DNA from: Gemmatimonadota bacterium
Lineage (GTDB): Bacteria; Gemmatimonadota; Gemmatimonadetes; Gemmatimonadales; Gemmatimonadaceae
Reading direction: 5' to 3'
DNA: 64,000 nt
Assembly (NCBI GenBank): GCA_040389905.1
Contig: JAZJZK010000002.1
Span: 1 to 64,000 of the forward strand
A program made the position numbers and the translations under genes. Below the pieces are notes generated by a model. That model worked only from the letters and a program-made list of their open reading frames with translations, was not told the DNA's origin and searched no databases. Shown here piece after piece: positions 38,616 through 47,332 of the stretch. Position 1 is the stretch's first letter. Each line of letters opens with the position of its first letter.

Positions 38616-39833
38616 TCAGAACGTTCGAACGATAACGGGCACCGACGACGATATCGTGGTGCCAGTGCCCAGTTGGCCACGAGAATTATCGCCCCAACAT
38701 GCGACGCGACGATCCTCGAGCATCGCACAGGTGTGAGACGCTGTCGGAGAAACAGCCACCACTTTCGCGACGCCGGCCACCTTCGTCGGACTGAGCACGC
38801 AATCGAGAGGATCACTCGGGATACCAGAAACCGCACTGCATTGGATCGTGCCAGTTCCACCGGTCTGACCATCCTTGGTGTATCCCCAGCAATACAGCTC
38901 CGCATCGGTCGATATGCCGCACGTCGGCATATTGATGTTGTTCGCGTTTCCCGCCTGGATCGACGCAAAGACAACATTCCCGGAAACGGGATACGGCGTT
39001 GGTGTTTGTGCTTGAGCCAGCGCCGCGCCGAGTTGCCGGCTGTTGTTGAGTCCCCAGCAGAACCCAGCACCCGCGGTGGTCACACCGCAGGTGTACGCGC
39101 CGCCTGCGCTGATCATCTTGAACTTGATGCCGCCGGCGACCAGCACGGGCACTGTACTGATGGCCAGCGTGCTCGCGATGCCAAGCTGACCGTAGCCGTT
39201 GTGTCCCCAACAGTATGCGTCATTCGAGCTGGTGAGCGCGCAGGCATGGATGAGCCCCACGGAGATCGACGTGAACTTCAACGTTGTGGCAACAGGAACC
39301 GGATTCGCCTGTACGTCTACCGAGTTGTTCCCGACTTGCCCGTATTGATTGCCACCCCAGCAGTACGCCGCTCCCTCCGCCGTCAGGCCACATGACGTTG
39401 GCCCGCCCGTCGCGAGCTGAGCAAACTTGACTGGAGAGATGATGGCCGTTGGTTGCGCATTCGTGACGCCGCTCGATTGGCCCCAGCAATACGCAATGCC
39501 ATCGCGTCCCAGCGCGCACGAGACCCCTACGCCGACGTCAATGGCCTGGTAGGTGCCGGTTCCTGCCAGGGCGGCCGGAGCAGGTGCGTCGCTCGTACTG
39601 CCCGTGCCGAGTTGGGAAAGGTTGTTGGCGCCCCAGCAGTAACCTTGTCCGACACTGGTCAGCGCGCATGTCACCAGCTGTCCCGTGGCAATACTGGCGG
39701 CGGCAGACGCGACAAGCGTCACTCCGCCCTCCGGCGAGACGCCGTCACCACCGCAGCTTCCCGCTACCGCGGCGAACGCCAGACTTGCGATGCAAGTGAG
39801 CCTGGGGCGCAGAGGGTTCCGATGGTGAAGCAT
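38616..39833 (-). CDS. RCC1/BLIP-II repeat lipoprotein
   Basis: VAGSC lipobox; repeated CAL....AYCWG.N.YGQLG units. Confidence 0.88.
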   Translation of the reverse strand: MLHHRNPLRPRLTCIASLAFAAVAGSCGGDGVSPEGGVTLVASAAASIATGQLVTCALTSVGQGYCWGANNLSQLGTGSTSDAPAPAALAGTGTYQAIDVGVGVSCALGRDGIAYCWGQSSGVTNAQPTAIISPVKFAQLATGGPTSCGLTAEGAAYCWGGNQYGQVGNNSVDVQANPVPVATTLKFTSISVGLIHACALTSSNDAYCWGHNGYGQLGIASTLAISTVPVLVAGGIKFKMISAGGAYTCGVTTAGAGFCWGLNNSRQLGAALAQAQTPTPYPVSGNVVFASIQAGNANNINMPTCGISTDAELYCWGYTKDGQTGGTGTIQCSAVSGIPSDPLDCVLSPTKVAGVAKVVAVSPTASHTCAMLEDRRVACWGDNSRGQLGTGTTISSSVPVIVRTF

Positions 39834-39902
39834 GCGAGCCTCCTCCTACACACAAGTAGCTAGCGGACCGTCACCGAAGTTCTGAGAGCAGCAGGGAGCA
39901 CC

Positions 39903-40066
39903 GGCACATTGAACGCGGATTGAGCGGATTGACCAGCGAAACAGTGATTGGTTCGGCGAGGCACGTCAGCAGCAGTTCACCGTGAAGTCTTCAAGCATGT
40001 GCTTCTCGTGTTTCACGCTTGATCATTGTTTTCTTTTCGATCCGCTCGATCCGCGTTCAATGTGCC
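39903..40066. repeat. Gene-less inverted repeat of the CGGAT 9-nt-period family
   Basis: GGCACATTGAACGCGGATTGAGCGGAT ... ATCCGCTCGATCCGCGTTCAATGTGCC. Confidence 0.85.
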
Positions 40067-40107
40067 CGCGCGCCGACCGACTCGGACCCGACGTTCCAAC
40101 CGACCTG

Positions 40108-40644
40108 CTATCGGAAACCACTCTGACCCCGTCGCCCGCGAGGCTTCCTTGCTTTCTGTACACGAACGAGGGAATCGACCAGCGCGCGAACTCGGAGTTT
40201 GATCGCGTCTCGTCCATTTGCGTAATCGGCGCTCACTGACGGCAACCCATCCCAACTCGTCTGCCGAGCGTGTGCTCCAGCCGTGAAGCTTCGAAGCACA
40301 TCGAATGACACGACAAAGGCGGCGTTGCGGAGGTCGGCCGGTCGCAGCGTCTGGGGATGCCACGTGCCGAGTTCCACGTGATCCGCGTGGAGTCCCTTCT
40401 GCATCCACTCCGGAACGAGCGAATCGGCGCGCGTCCCGCGGGAAAGCGCTCGCATCCGCAAGCCAGCATCCGCGGCGTACTGCTCGAAGAGGACCTTCGC
40501 GAGGAGGCTCTTCACCGTACCATGCTCGCAAACAAAGAGAACGGTCTCCGGCGGTCGGGCGCTCAACTCTTGCGCAAGGAGGTCAGTCCGCGCGGTCAGG
40601 CCAAGCAGCACCGGGAGGGCGACGTGCTGCCAACGGCGGATCAC
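40108..40644 (-). CDS. Secreted LMW-PTP/ArsC-fold protein
   Basis: Signal peptide; TVLFVCEHGTVKS, SRGT, WDGLP. Confidence 0.65.
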   Translation of the reverse strand: MIRRWQHVALPVLLGLTARTDLLAQELSARPPETVLFVCEHGTVKSLLAKVLFEQYAADAGLRMRALSRGTRADSLVPEWMQKGLHADHVELGTWHPQTLRPADLRNAAFVVSFDVLRSFTAGAHARQTSWDGLPSVSADYANGRDAIKLRVRALVDSLVRVQKARKPRGRRGQSGFR

Positions 40645-42242
40645 GGCACCATCCGCATGAAGAGCGGAACGTACGCCTGTAGCATCACCAGGATGCCAAC
40701 AAGAATCGCCAATACGAGACTATGCACGAAGACGAAACGCAGGATCTTTCCTTCGTGCCCATACCAGCGCGTCGCCGCGCTCGCGACAACGATCGACTGC
40801 ATATCGATCATCTTGCCCATCACGCCGCCAGAGCTGTTGGCCGCGGCCATCAGGATCGGCGAGAGTCCGAGTGTGCGGGCGGTGATCGTCTGCAAGCTGC
40901 CGAAGAGAACATTCGACGCCGTATCCGATCCCGTTAACGCCACGCCGAGCCATCCGAGCAACGTGCCGAAGAGTGGATAGAGCCATCCGGTTTTCGCAAA
41001 GGCGAGTCCCAGGATCGCATCGAGTCCGGAGAATCGAGTCAGATACCCGAGCGACAGCATCGCCGAGATCGTCATCAGCGAATTCGTCGCGAGCCGCAAG
41101 GTTCTGAGATACACGCGCCCGAGCTCTCCGAACGAACAGCCCATGGCGAGTCCACCGATGATCGCCGCAAGCAGAATGCTCGTGCCCGTCGCCGAGAGGA
41201 TGTTGAACGAATAGATGGCTGGTTCGAGCGTCGGCGCGGCGACGACGGGCGGAACCCGCTGAATGAGGTTGTCGAGATACGGGACGTGCAGTTGCGGCGC
41301 GAACAGACCATTCAGGAACTTCTTGACCGGCAGGAGCCCCCACACGAGAACGAAGACCGACAGCAGCATCCATGGAATCCACGGCTTGATCGATCCCAAC
41401 GATGCTTGCACCTGCGGTGAGGCGGCCGAACTCCGGCCGCGAAAGCGCACAAAGGCGGAGACGGCGAGAATGGAAACGGCTCCCGCAGTGACATCCACGA
41501 GGTACGGCCCCTGATAGTTGGACATCAGGAATTGCGGAATCGCGAAGCTCACGCCGGCAACGAGAATGGTGGGCCACGTTTCCCGGATGCCCTTCCACCC
41601 TTCGTATGCTCCGATGATCCAGAAGGGAATGACGAGCGCGAAGATCGGCGTCTGTCGCCCGACCATCTTGCTCACCTCCAACACGTCGATGCCGGTGACA
41701 CCGGCGAGTGCGGTGACCGGCGTACCCATCGCACCAAACGCGACGGGTGCCGTGTTCGCGATGAGTGAGAGCCCCGACGCTTGCAGCGGAGTGAATCCAA
41801 GTCCGATCAACAGGGCGCCGGTGATCGCGACGGGGGTTCCGAATCCCGCAGCGCCCTCAAAGAATGCGCCGAGCGAGAAGGCGATGAGCACGAGTTGGAT
41901 GCGCTTGTCGGAGCTCACCGCCCCGATGCTCGCCTGCATCTTGTCGAACGCGCCCTGTTCCTTGGTGAGCTGGTAGAGAAAGAGAATGTTGAGGACGATC
42001 CAACCGATGGGCATCAGCCCGTAGGCAGCGCCCGTGACACTTGCGGCGAGTGCGGACTGCACCGGCATGCCCAGCACCAGGACGGCAATCGCGAATGCGG
42101 CGGCGAGGGCGATGATCGCCGCGACGTGCGCCTTGAGGCGTCCCGTGGCAATGAAGCCGAGGAGGACGACGACCGGCACCGCGGCGAGGAGGGTCGACGC
42201 GAGAGGATTGCCCAGCGGATCGTAGCTTTGCGCCCAGGGCAT
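40641..42242 (-). CDS. lctP: L-lactate/glycolate permease
   Basis: FFEGAAGFGTPVA, ANTAPVAFG, LTGSDTASNVLFG, NSSGGVMGKMI. Confidence 0.92.
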   Translation of the reverse strand: MPWAQSYDPLGNPLASTLLAAVPVVVLLGFIATGRLKAHVAAIIALAAAFAIAVLVLGMPVQSALAASVTGAAYGLMPIGWIVLNILFLYQLTKEQGAFDKMQASIGAVSSDKRIQLVLIAFSLGAFFEGAAGFGTPVAITGALLIGLGFTPLQASGLSLIANTAPVAFGAMGTPVTALAGVTGIDVLEVSKMVGRQTPIFALVIPFWIIGAYEGWKGIRETWPTILVAGVSFAIPQFLMSNYQGPYLVDVTAGAVSILAVSAFVRFRGRSSAASPQVQASLGSIKPWIPWMLLSVFVLVWGLLPVKKFLNGLFAPQLHVPYLDNLIQRVPPVVAAPTLEPAIYSFNILSATGTSILLAAIIGGLAMGCSFGELGRVYLRTLRLATNSLMTISAMLSLGYLTRFSGLDAILGLAFAKTGWLYPLFGTLLGWLGVALTGSDTASNVLFGSLQTITARTLGLSPILMAAANSSGGVMGKMIDMQSIVVASAATRWYGHEGKILRFVFVHSLVLAILVGILVMLQAYVPLFMRMVP

Positions 42243-42411
42243 CGCATCTCCGGTTAACGGTCGCGGCAATTGTATGGATGCGGCGGTATGCCTGCTAGGG
42301 CGGCGAGTTCGTCGCACAACGCTTCCGGCAGGGCGGATACCGTTTACGCGACAACGTTTCCGTGTATCGATTCAAACGTTTACCTTGGCGAACGGAAACC
42401 GAAGGGTTACT

Positions 42412-43665
42412 ATGTCGCCCATGGCTGCGCCCGCTGATCTCTCCAAACTTCGCATCGACCGCAACACGCCGTCGGCGCCCGAACGAAATGCGTTCGTCCG
42501 GAACCTTCTGATCTTCGTCGTCGCGATCGCGCTCGTAGCGGCGGGGGTGATGATCATGAAGGCGCGCGCCGTGCCGACGGTGCAGGTCGTCACAATCGCC
42601 GCCGGTTCCAGTGCCGGCGCCGCGTCGGCGGGCGAGACGAGCGTCACAGCGAACGGTTACGTGGTCGCGCGAACGAAGGCCTCGGTGTCCGCGAAAACGC
42701 CGGGGCGCCTCGCGTTCCTTGGCGTCAGCGAAGGGTCGTTTGTCCATCAAGGCGACGTCATCGCGCGACTCGATAACGCCGACTATCTCGCGGCGGTCGC
42801 GCAGGCGCAGGCGAACATCGCGACGGCGGAGGCCAGCATCATCGAAGCGCGCGCCGATCGCGATCAACTCGTGCGAGACGCCAACCGCATTCGCGACATT
42901 CGAACGAAGAACGCGAATCTCATCTCGCAGCAGGATCTCGAGCAAGCGACGAACCGCGCCGCGCAAGCCGAGGCTCGGCTCAGTGCAGCGGAAGCGCGCA
43001 AGCGGTCCGCGGATGCCGGTCTCCGCATGGCGGAGGTGAACTCCGAGAATACCATCATACGCGCGCCATTCTCGGGCACGGTCCTTCGCAAGGACGCGGA
43101 AGTCGGCGAGGTGGTTGCGCCGTCGGTCGGCGGAGGGCTGACCCGCGGGGCGGTCGTCACGATGGCGGATCTGTCCACGCTCGAAGTGGAGGTCGACGTC
43201 AACGAGGCGTACATCGGTCGCGTGCACGGCGGGCGCGGTGCGCGGATCACGCTCGATGCGTATCCGGATACGACGTTCCGAGGCACGGTGCGGCAAGTCG
43301 TTCCGACCGCTGACCGGCAGCGCTCGACGGTGCAGGTGAAAGTCTCCATCCTCGACCACGATGCGCGGATCCTGCCGGAAATGGGAGCGAAGGTGGACTT
43401 CCTCGCGCCCGACACGGTGAAGGCTGCTGCGCCAGGCACAGCGCAACGCGTCGTGCTTCGGGTGCCATCGGCGGCCGTGAAGGCAGAGGGTGGCACGAGC
43501 GTCGTCTGGATCGTGCGCGATGGAAAGCTGACGAAGCGTGCCGTTACCACGGGACCGGTGAGCGGTGGATTCCTCGAGGTCCGCACCGGCCTGAATGGCG
43601 GCGAACAGTTGCTCACTGGCGGCGTCGAGAAGCCGGTGGAAGGAATGAAGGTCAAGGTTCAGTAG
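42412..43665 (+). CDS. Efflux periplasmic adaptor (HlyD/MacA family)
   Basis: TM anchor, ANGYVVA, IRAPFSG, EVEVDVNE, PTADRQ. Confidence 0.9.
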   Translation: MSPMAAPADLSKLRIDRNTPSAPERNAFVRNLLIFVVAIALVAAGVMIMKARAVPTVQVVTIAAGSSAGAASAGETSVTANGYVVARTKASVSAKTPGRLAFLGVSEGSFVHQGDVIARLDNADYLAAVAQAQANIATAEASIIEARADRDQLVRDANRIRDIRTKNANLISQQDLEQATNRAAQAEARLSAAEARKRSADAGLRMAEVNSENTIIRAPFSGTVLRKDAEVGEVVAPSVGGGLTRGAVVTMADLSTLEVEVDVNEAYIGRVHGGRGARITLDAYPDTTFRGTVRQVVPTADRQRSTVQVKVSILDHDARILPEMGAKVDFLAPDTVKAAAPGTAQRVVLRVPSAAVKAEGGTSVVWIVRDGKLTKRAVTTGPVSGGFLEVRTGLNGGEQLLTGGVEKPVEGMKVKVQ

Positions 43666-43686
43666 TTCACCCCCACCGATCGTGTC

Positions 43687-44376
43687 ATGGCACTCGTCGA
43701 AATTCGTGACGTTCACAAGTCCTTCAAGCGCGAAGCGCAGACCGTTGACGTCTACACGGGCCTCACGATCGACTTTGAAGAGGGCAGCTATACCGCGCTG
43801 ATGGGCCCATCGGGATCCGGGAAGTCGACGCTGCTCAACCTCGTGGCGGGGCTGGACAAACCGACGAGCGGCACGGTGCGTGTCGCCGGCGAAACGGTGA
43901 GTGCCATGAACGCGGCACAGCTTGCAGCATGGCGCGCGCGGATGATCGGTTTCGTCTTTCAATCGTACAACCTGTTGCCGGTCCTGACCGCGGAGCAGAA
44001 CGTCGAGCTGCCGTTGTTGTTGACGAGTCTCGGGAAGAAAGACCGAGCCGAACGCGTCGCGATCGCGCTGGGCGTCGTCGGTCTACAGGATCGCATGGAC
44101 CACTACCCTCGCCAACTGTCCGGTGGGCAAGAGCAGCGAGTCGCCATTGCGCGCGCCATCGTCGCCGACCCGACGTTGATCCTGCTCGACGAGCCGACAG
44201 GGCAGCTCGACTCGAAGAGCTCCGCGGAAGTGCTGGAATTGCTGCGCCGGCTGAACGAGGAGTTCAAGAAGACGATCATGATCGTCACGCACGACGCAAA
44301 GGCCGCGGAGAATGCCAAGACCGTGCTTCACCTCGAGAAGGGCGTGCTGCTCGAGCGCGAAGGAGTCGGTGCATGA
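43687..44376 (+). CDS. ABC transporter ATP-binding protein (LolD/MacB-like)
   Basis: GPSGSGKS, LSGGQEQR, LLDEPT. Confidence 0.95.
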   Translation: MALVEIRDVHKSFKREAQTVDVYTGLTIDFEEGSYTALMGPSGSGKSTLLNLVAGLDKPTSGTVRVAGETVSAMNAAQLAAWRARMIGFVFQSYNLLPVLTAEQNVELPLLLTSLGKKDRAERVAIALGVVGLQDRMDHYPRQLSGGQEQRVAIARAIVADPTLILLDEPTGQLDSKSSAEVLELLRRLNEEFKKTIMIVTHDAKAAENAKTVLHLEKGVLLEREGVGA

Positions 44377-45515
44377 AATTCCTCCCGCTCGTTCTCGCGA
44401 ATCTCCGGCGGCACAAGCTGCGAACGATCCTGACGATTTGCAGTGTTGCGTTGGCGCTCTTCCTGTTCGCATCACTGCGAACGGTGGTCACGACGCTTGC
44501 GGCGGGGTCGGAGGTCAGCAGCGCGTCCCGCATGATCGTCCAGAACGCGACGGCCTTCGTCATTCCGTTGCCGCAGAGTTATGCGACGCGCATCGCGTCT
44601 ATTCCGCACGTGCAGCGGGTGACGTGGGCGAACTGGTTCGGCGGCAAGTACGGTGATGGCAAGAAGTTCTTCGCGCAGTTCGCCATCGAGCCGGAGTCCT
44701 ATCTCAAGATCTATCCTGAGATCGCGATTCCTGAAGACCAGAAGCAGGCGTTCCTCAAGGAACGATCGGCCGCGGTGATCGGCGAAGGGTTGGTGCGTGC
44801 CTTCGGGTGGAAGATCGGCGACAACGTGACGATCCAGGGCACGATCTTCCCCGGTGACTGGACGTTCACGATTCGCGGCATCTATCATCCGACCGAGAAG
44901 GCGTACGGCGACGACTCGTTCATGTTCCACTACGACTATCTGTACGAGAAGGAGCCAACGCGTGTCTCGCCGGGCTGGTTCATCATGCAGATCGATGATC
45001 CCGCACAGGGGCCAACGGTCGCCAAGACGATCGACGACCAGTTCCGGAATTCGAGCGCGCCGACCAAGACGGGAACCGAGAAGGCGTTTGCGGCGGGCTT
45101 CGCGAGCATGTGGGGCAATGTGAAGCTGCTGATGAGCACCATCGGTATGGCCGTCGTCTTTGCGATCCTGCTGGTGACGGCCAACGCGATGATGATGAAC
45201 CAGCGTGAGCGTCGCTCAGAAGTCGCAGTGATGAAGACCGTCGGCTTCTCCGATCAGCGCGTGTTCAGCCTCATTATCATCGAAGCGGCGGTGATCTCAT
45301 TGACGGGCGCGGTGCTCGGACTGGGGGCCGCGACGATCCTGCCCATCGTCACCGGATTCGGCGAGGGTGGATTCCTGCCCGGCTTCCACGTGACGCCGGG
45401 AACGCAGGTGATTGGCGCGCTCGTCGCCGTATTGCTCACCGTCGCCAGCGGCGTCTTCCCCGCGTGGCAGGCCGCGAAGCTTCCGGTGGTGCAGGCGCTG
45501 CGGAGGGTCGAGTGA
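44373..45515 (+). CDS. ABC transporter permease (FtsX/MacB-type)
   Basis: ATGA overlap; ER..EVAVMKTVGF; FPAWQA. Confidence 0.9.
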   Translation: MKFLPLVLANLRRHKLRTILTICSVALALFLFASLRTVVTTLAAGSEVSSASRMIVQNATAFVIPLPQSYATRIASIPHVQRVTWANWFGGKYGDGKKFFAQFAIEPESYLKIYPEIAIPEDQKQAFLKERSAAVIGEGLVRAFGWKIGDNVTIQGTIFPGDWTFTIRGIYHPTEKAYGDDSFMFHYDYLYEKEPTRVSPGWFIMQIDDPAQGPTVAKTIDDQFRNSSAPTKTGTEKAFAAGFASMWGNVKLLMSTIGMAVVFAILLVTANAMMMNQRERRSEVAVMKTVGFSDQRVFSLIIIEAAVISLTGAVLGLGAATILPIVTGFGEGGFLPGFHVTPGTQVIGALVAVLLTVASGVFPAWQAAKLPVVQALRRVE

Positions 45516-46678
45516 AGATTCCCTTTGTGTACAACTACCGGAGCGTGATGCAGCGCCCCGTGTCCACGGCGCTGACGGCGCTGGGCATTGGGCTCGTCGT
45601 GGCGGTGTTCGTCGCGATGCTTGCGCTCGCGAATGGCTTCATCGCGGCGCTCGTGGAATCGGGTTCGCCCGACAACGTGTTGTTGCTGCGTCGCGGCGCG
45701 GACAGCGAGTTGTCGAGTGGTATTCCGCGTGAGGCGGTGAGCATCATTGCCTCCTCGCCCCACATTGCCATCGGTGCGGACAACAGGCCGCTCATCAGCC
45801 CGGAAACGTATCTGGTGCTGAATCTGCGGCGCGCCGGCGGAACCGAATTCGAGGTCGCCAATGTAGTCGCCCGTGGCGTGTCGGCGAAAGCATTCGAGGT
45901 GCGGCGCAACATCAAGATCATCGAGGGAAAGCAGATCAGCTCTGGGCAGAGTGAAATCTGTGTGGGTTCCAAGCTGGCGGGCCGCTTCGAAAACGTCGCG
46001 GTTGGAAACGTGTTGCGGTTCGGCAATCGCGATTGGAACGTCGTGTGCCGGTTCACTGCAGACGGCTCGAGCTTCGAGTCGGAGATCTGGGGTGAGAACG
46101 AGCAATTCCAGAACGTCTTCCGGGGGAACAGCTTCCAGTCGCTCACCTTCCGGCTCAAGGATCCGGCGGCGTTCGACGAGGTGAAGCGCGCCATGCTCGC
46201 CGACCAGCGGATTCAGGTGGACGCGCACCGCGAATCTGAATTCTACGCGAGCCAGTCGGAACTCCTTGGAAACATCCTTCGCTTCCTCGCCATCATGATC
46301 ACGAGCATCATGGCGGTGGGTGCGGTGTTCGGCGCGGTGAATACGATGTATGCCGCCGTCAGTTCACGCACGCCGGAGATTGCGGTGTTGCTCACCCTCG
46401 GTTTTCATCCGCGCAGCATCCTCACGAGCTTTCTCGCCGAGTCGGCGCTGATCGCGTTCGTGGGAGGTATCGTGGGGTGCCTGCTGGCGCTGCCGATCAA
46501 CGGTGTCGTGACCAGCACGACGAACTGGGCGAGCTTCAGCGAGATTGCATTCGCCTTTCGCGTGACGCCTCAGCTGTTGCTCGCGGGCATCGTCTTTTCG
46601 GTGGTCATGGGAGTGGTTGGCGGATTTTTCCCAGCGCGCCGGGCGTCGAAGATGCCGGTCATCCAGGCGCTGCGATAA
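45512..46678 (+). CDS. ABC transporter permease (FtsX/MacB-type)
   Basis: GTGA overlap; NTMYAAVSSRTPEIA; FFPARRA. Confidence 0.9.
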   Translation: MKIPFVYNYRSVMQRPVSTALTALGIGLVVAVFVAMLALANGFIAALVESGSPDNVLLLRRGADSELSSGIPREAVSIIASSPHIAIGADNRPLISPETYLVLNLRRAGGTEFEVANVVARGVSAKAFEVRRNIKIIEGKQISSGQSEICVGSKLAGRFENVAVGNVLRFGNRDWNVVCRFTADGSSFESEIWGENEQFQNVFRGNSFQSLTFRLKDPAAFDEVKRAMLADQRIQVDAHRESEFYASQSELLGNILRFLAIMITSIMAVGAVFGAVNTMYAAVSSRTPEIAVLLTLGFHPRSILTSFLAESALIAFVGGIVGCLLALPINGVVTSTTNWASFSEIAFAFRVTPQLLLAGIVFSVVMGVVGGFFPARRASKMPVIQALR

Positions 46679-46721
46679 ACGGCGCCACACAAGCCTCGCC
46701 ACGGATTGAGGAACGCATCAA

Positions 46722-46795
46722 ACGGATGCAACGGAAACAACCAGATCAAGCGACTCTATCGAGCAGCTTGATCCGGCTGTTTCTGTCGCATCCGT
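46722..46795. repeat. Degenerate CGGAT-family hairpin
   Basis: ACGGATGCAACGGAAACAACCAGATCAAGC / GCTTGATCCGGCTGTTTCTGTCGCATCCGT. Confidence 0.65.
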
Positions 46796-46894
46796 AGAAC
46801 CCTCTCCTAGACCCAATGCTGTTCAGTTACGGTGAGACCCCGCCGACGCGGCTTTGTTTTCGATTGTCGCTCGGCGAAGAGCAAAAGCAAAGCC

Positions 46895-47088
46895 TACCGC
46901 AGAGGACGCAGAAGCTCTGCCCTCCGTGCACTCATTTGTGCGCCGGACCGCAGAGGGGCGCAGAGGACGGCGGAACAGATTTAGCGGGAGTTCGGTATCC
47001 GGTCTCTCGCAGTCCCTCTGCGACCCTCTGCGGTCCGGCGCATCGGAGGTCGCTCAGGGTGCGCATGGCCTCCGCGTCCTCTGCGGTA
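46895..47088. repeat. Nested inverted repeat of the ACCGCAGAGG 9-nt-period family
   Basis: TACCGCAGAGGACGCAGA / TCCGCGTCCTCTGCGGTA outer arms; TGCGCCGGACCGCAGAGG / CCTCTGCGGTCCGGCGCA inner arms. Confidence 0.85.
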
Positions 47089-47167
47089 AAGCTTATCGCT
47101 TTGCTGCAGGTCCTAACTAAACTAACTGAACCGTATTGCTCCTAGACCTAGATCGACAACTCCAGGA

Positions 47168-47292
47168 TTGTCACCTCGACCGAGCGTGGACTCGAGCGCG
47201 TGCATCCCAAAGCCAAAGCACGTGCAGGCCCTTCGCGGAGTTTACCCTCGAGGAGCGCAAGCGACGAAGGGCTCAGGGCGACAAAACGAGCG
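47168..47292. repeat. Degenerate REP doublet
   Basis: TTGTCACCTCGA.. and GTGCAGGCCCTTCG..CGAAGGGCTCAGGGCGACAAAACGAGCG. Confidence 0.65.
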
Positions 47293-47332
47293 GGCGAGCA
47301 GCCGACATGCAGTCCTCTGCGTGCAATTCAGT

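Noticed and set aside
42295..43962. Long antisense ORFs (555 aa here; also 2189-3313, 9581-10657, 17904-19139, 25151-26446, 47873-49012)
   Set aside because: Shadow frames opposite well-supported genes, expected at high GC
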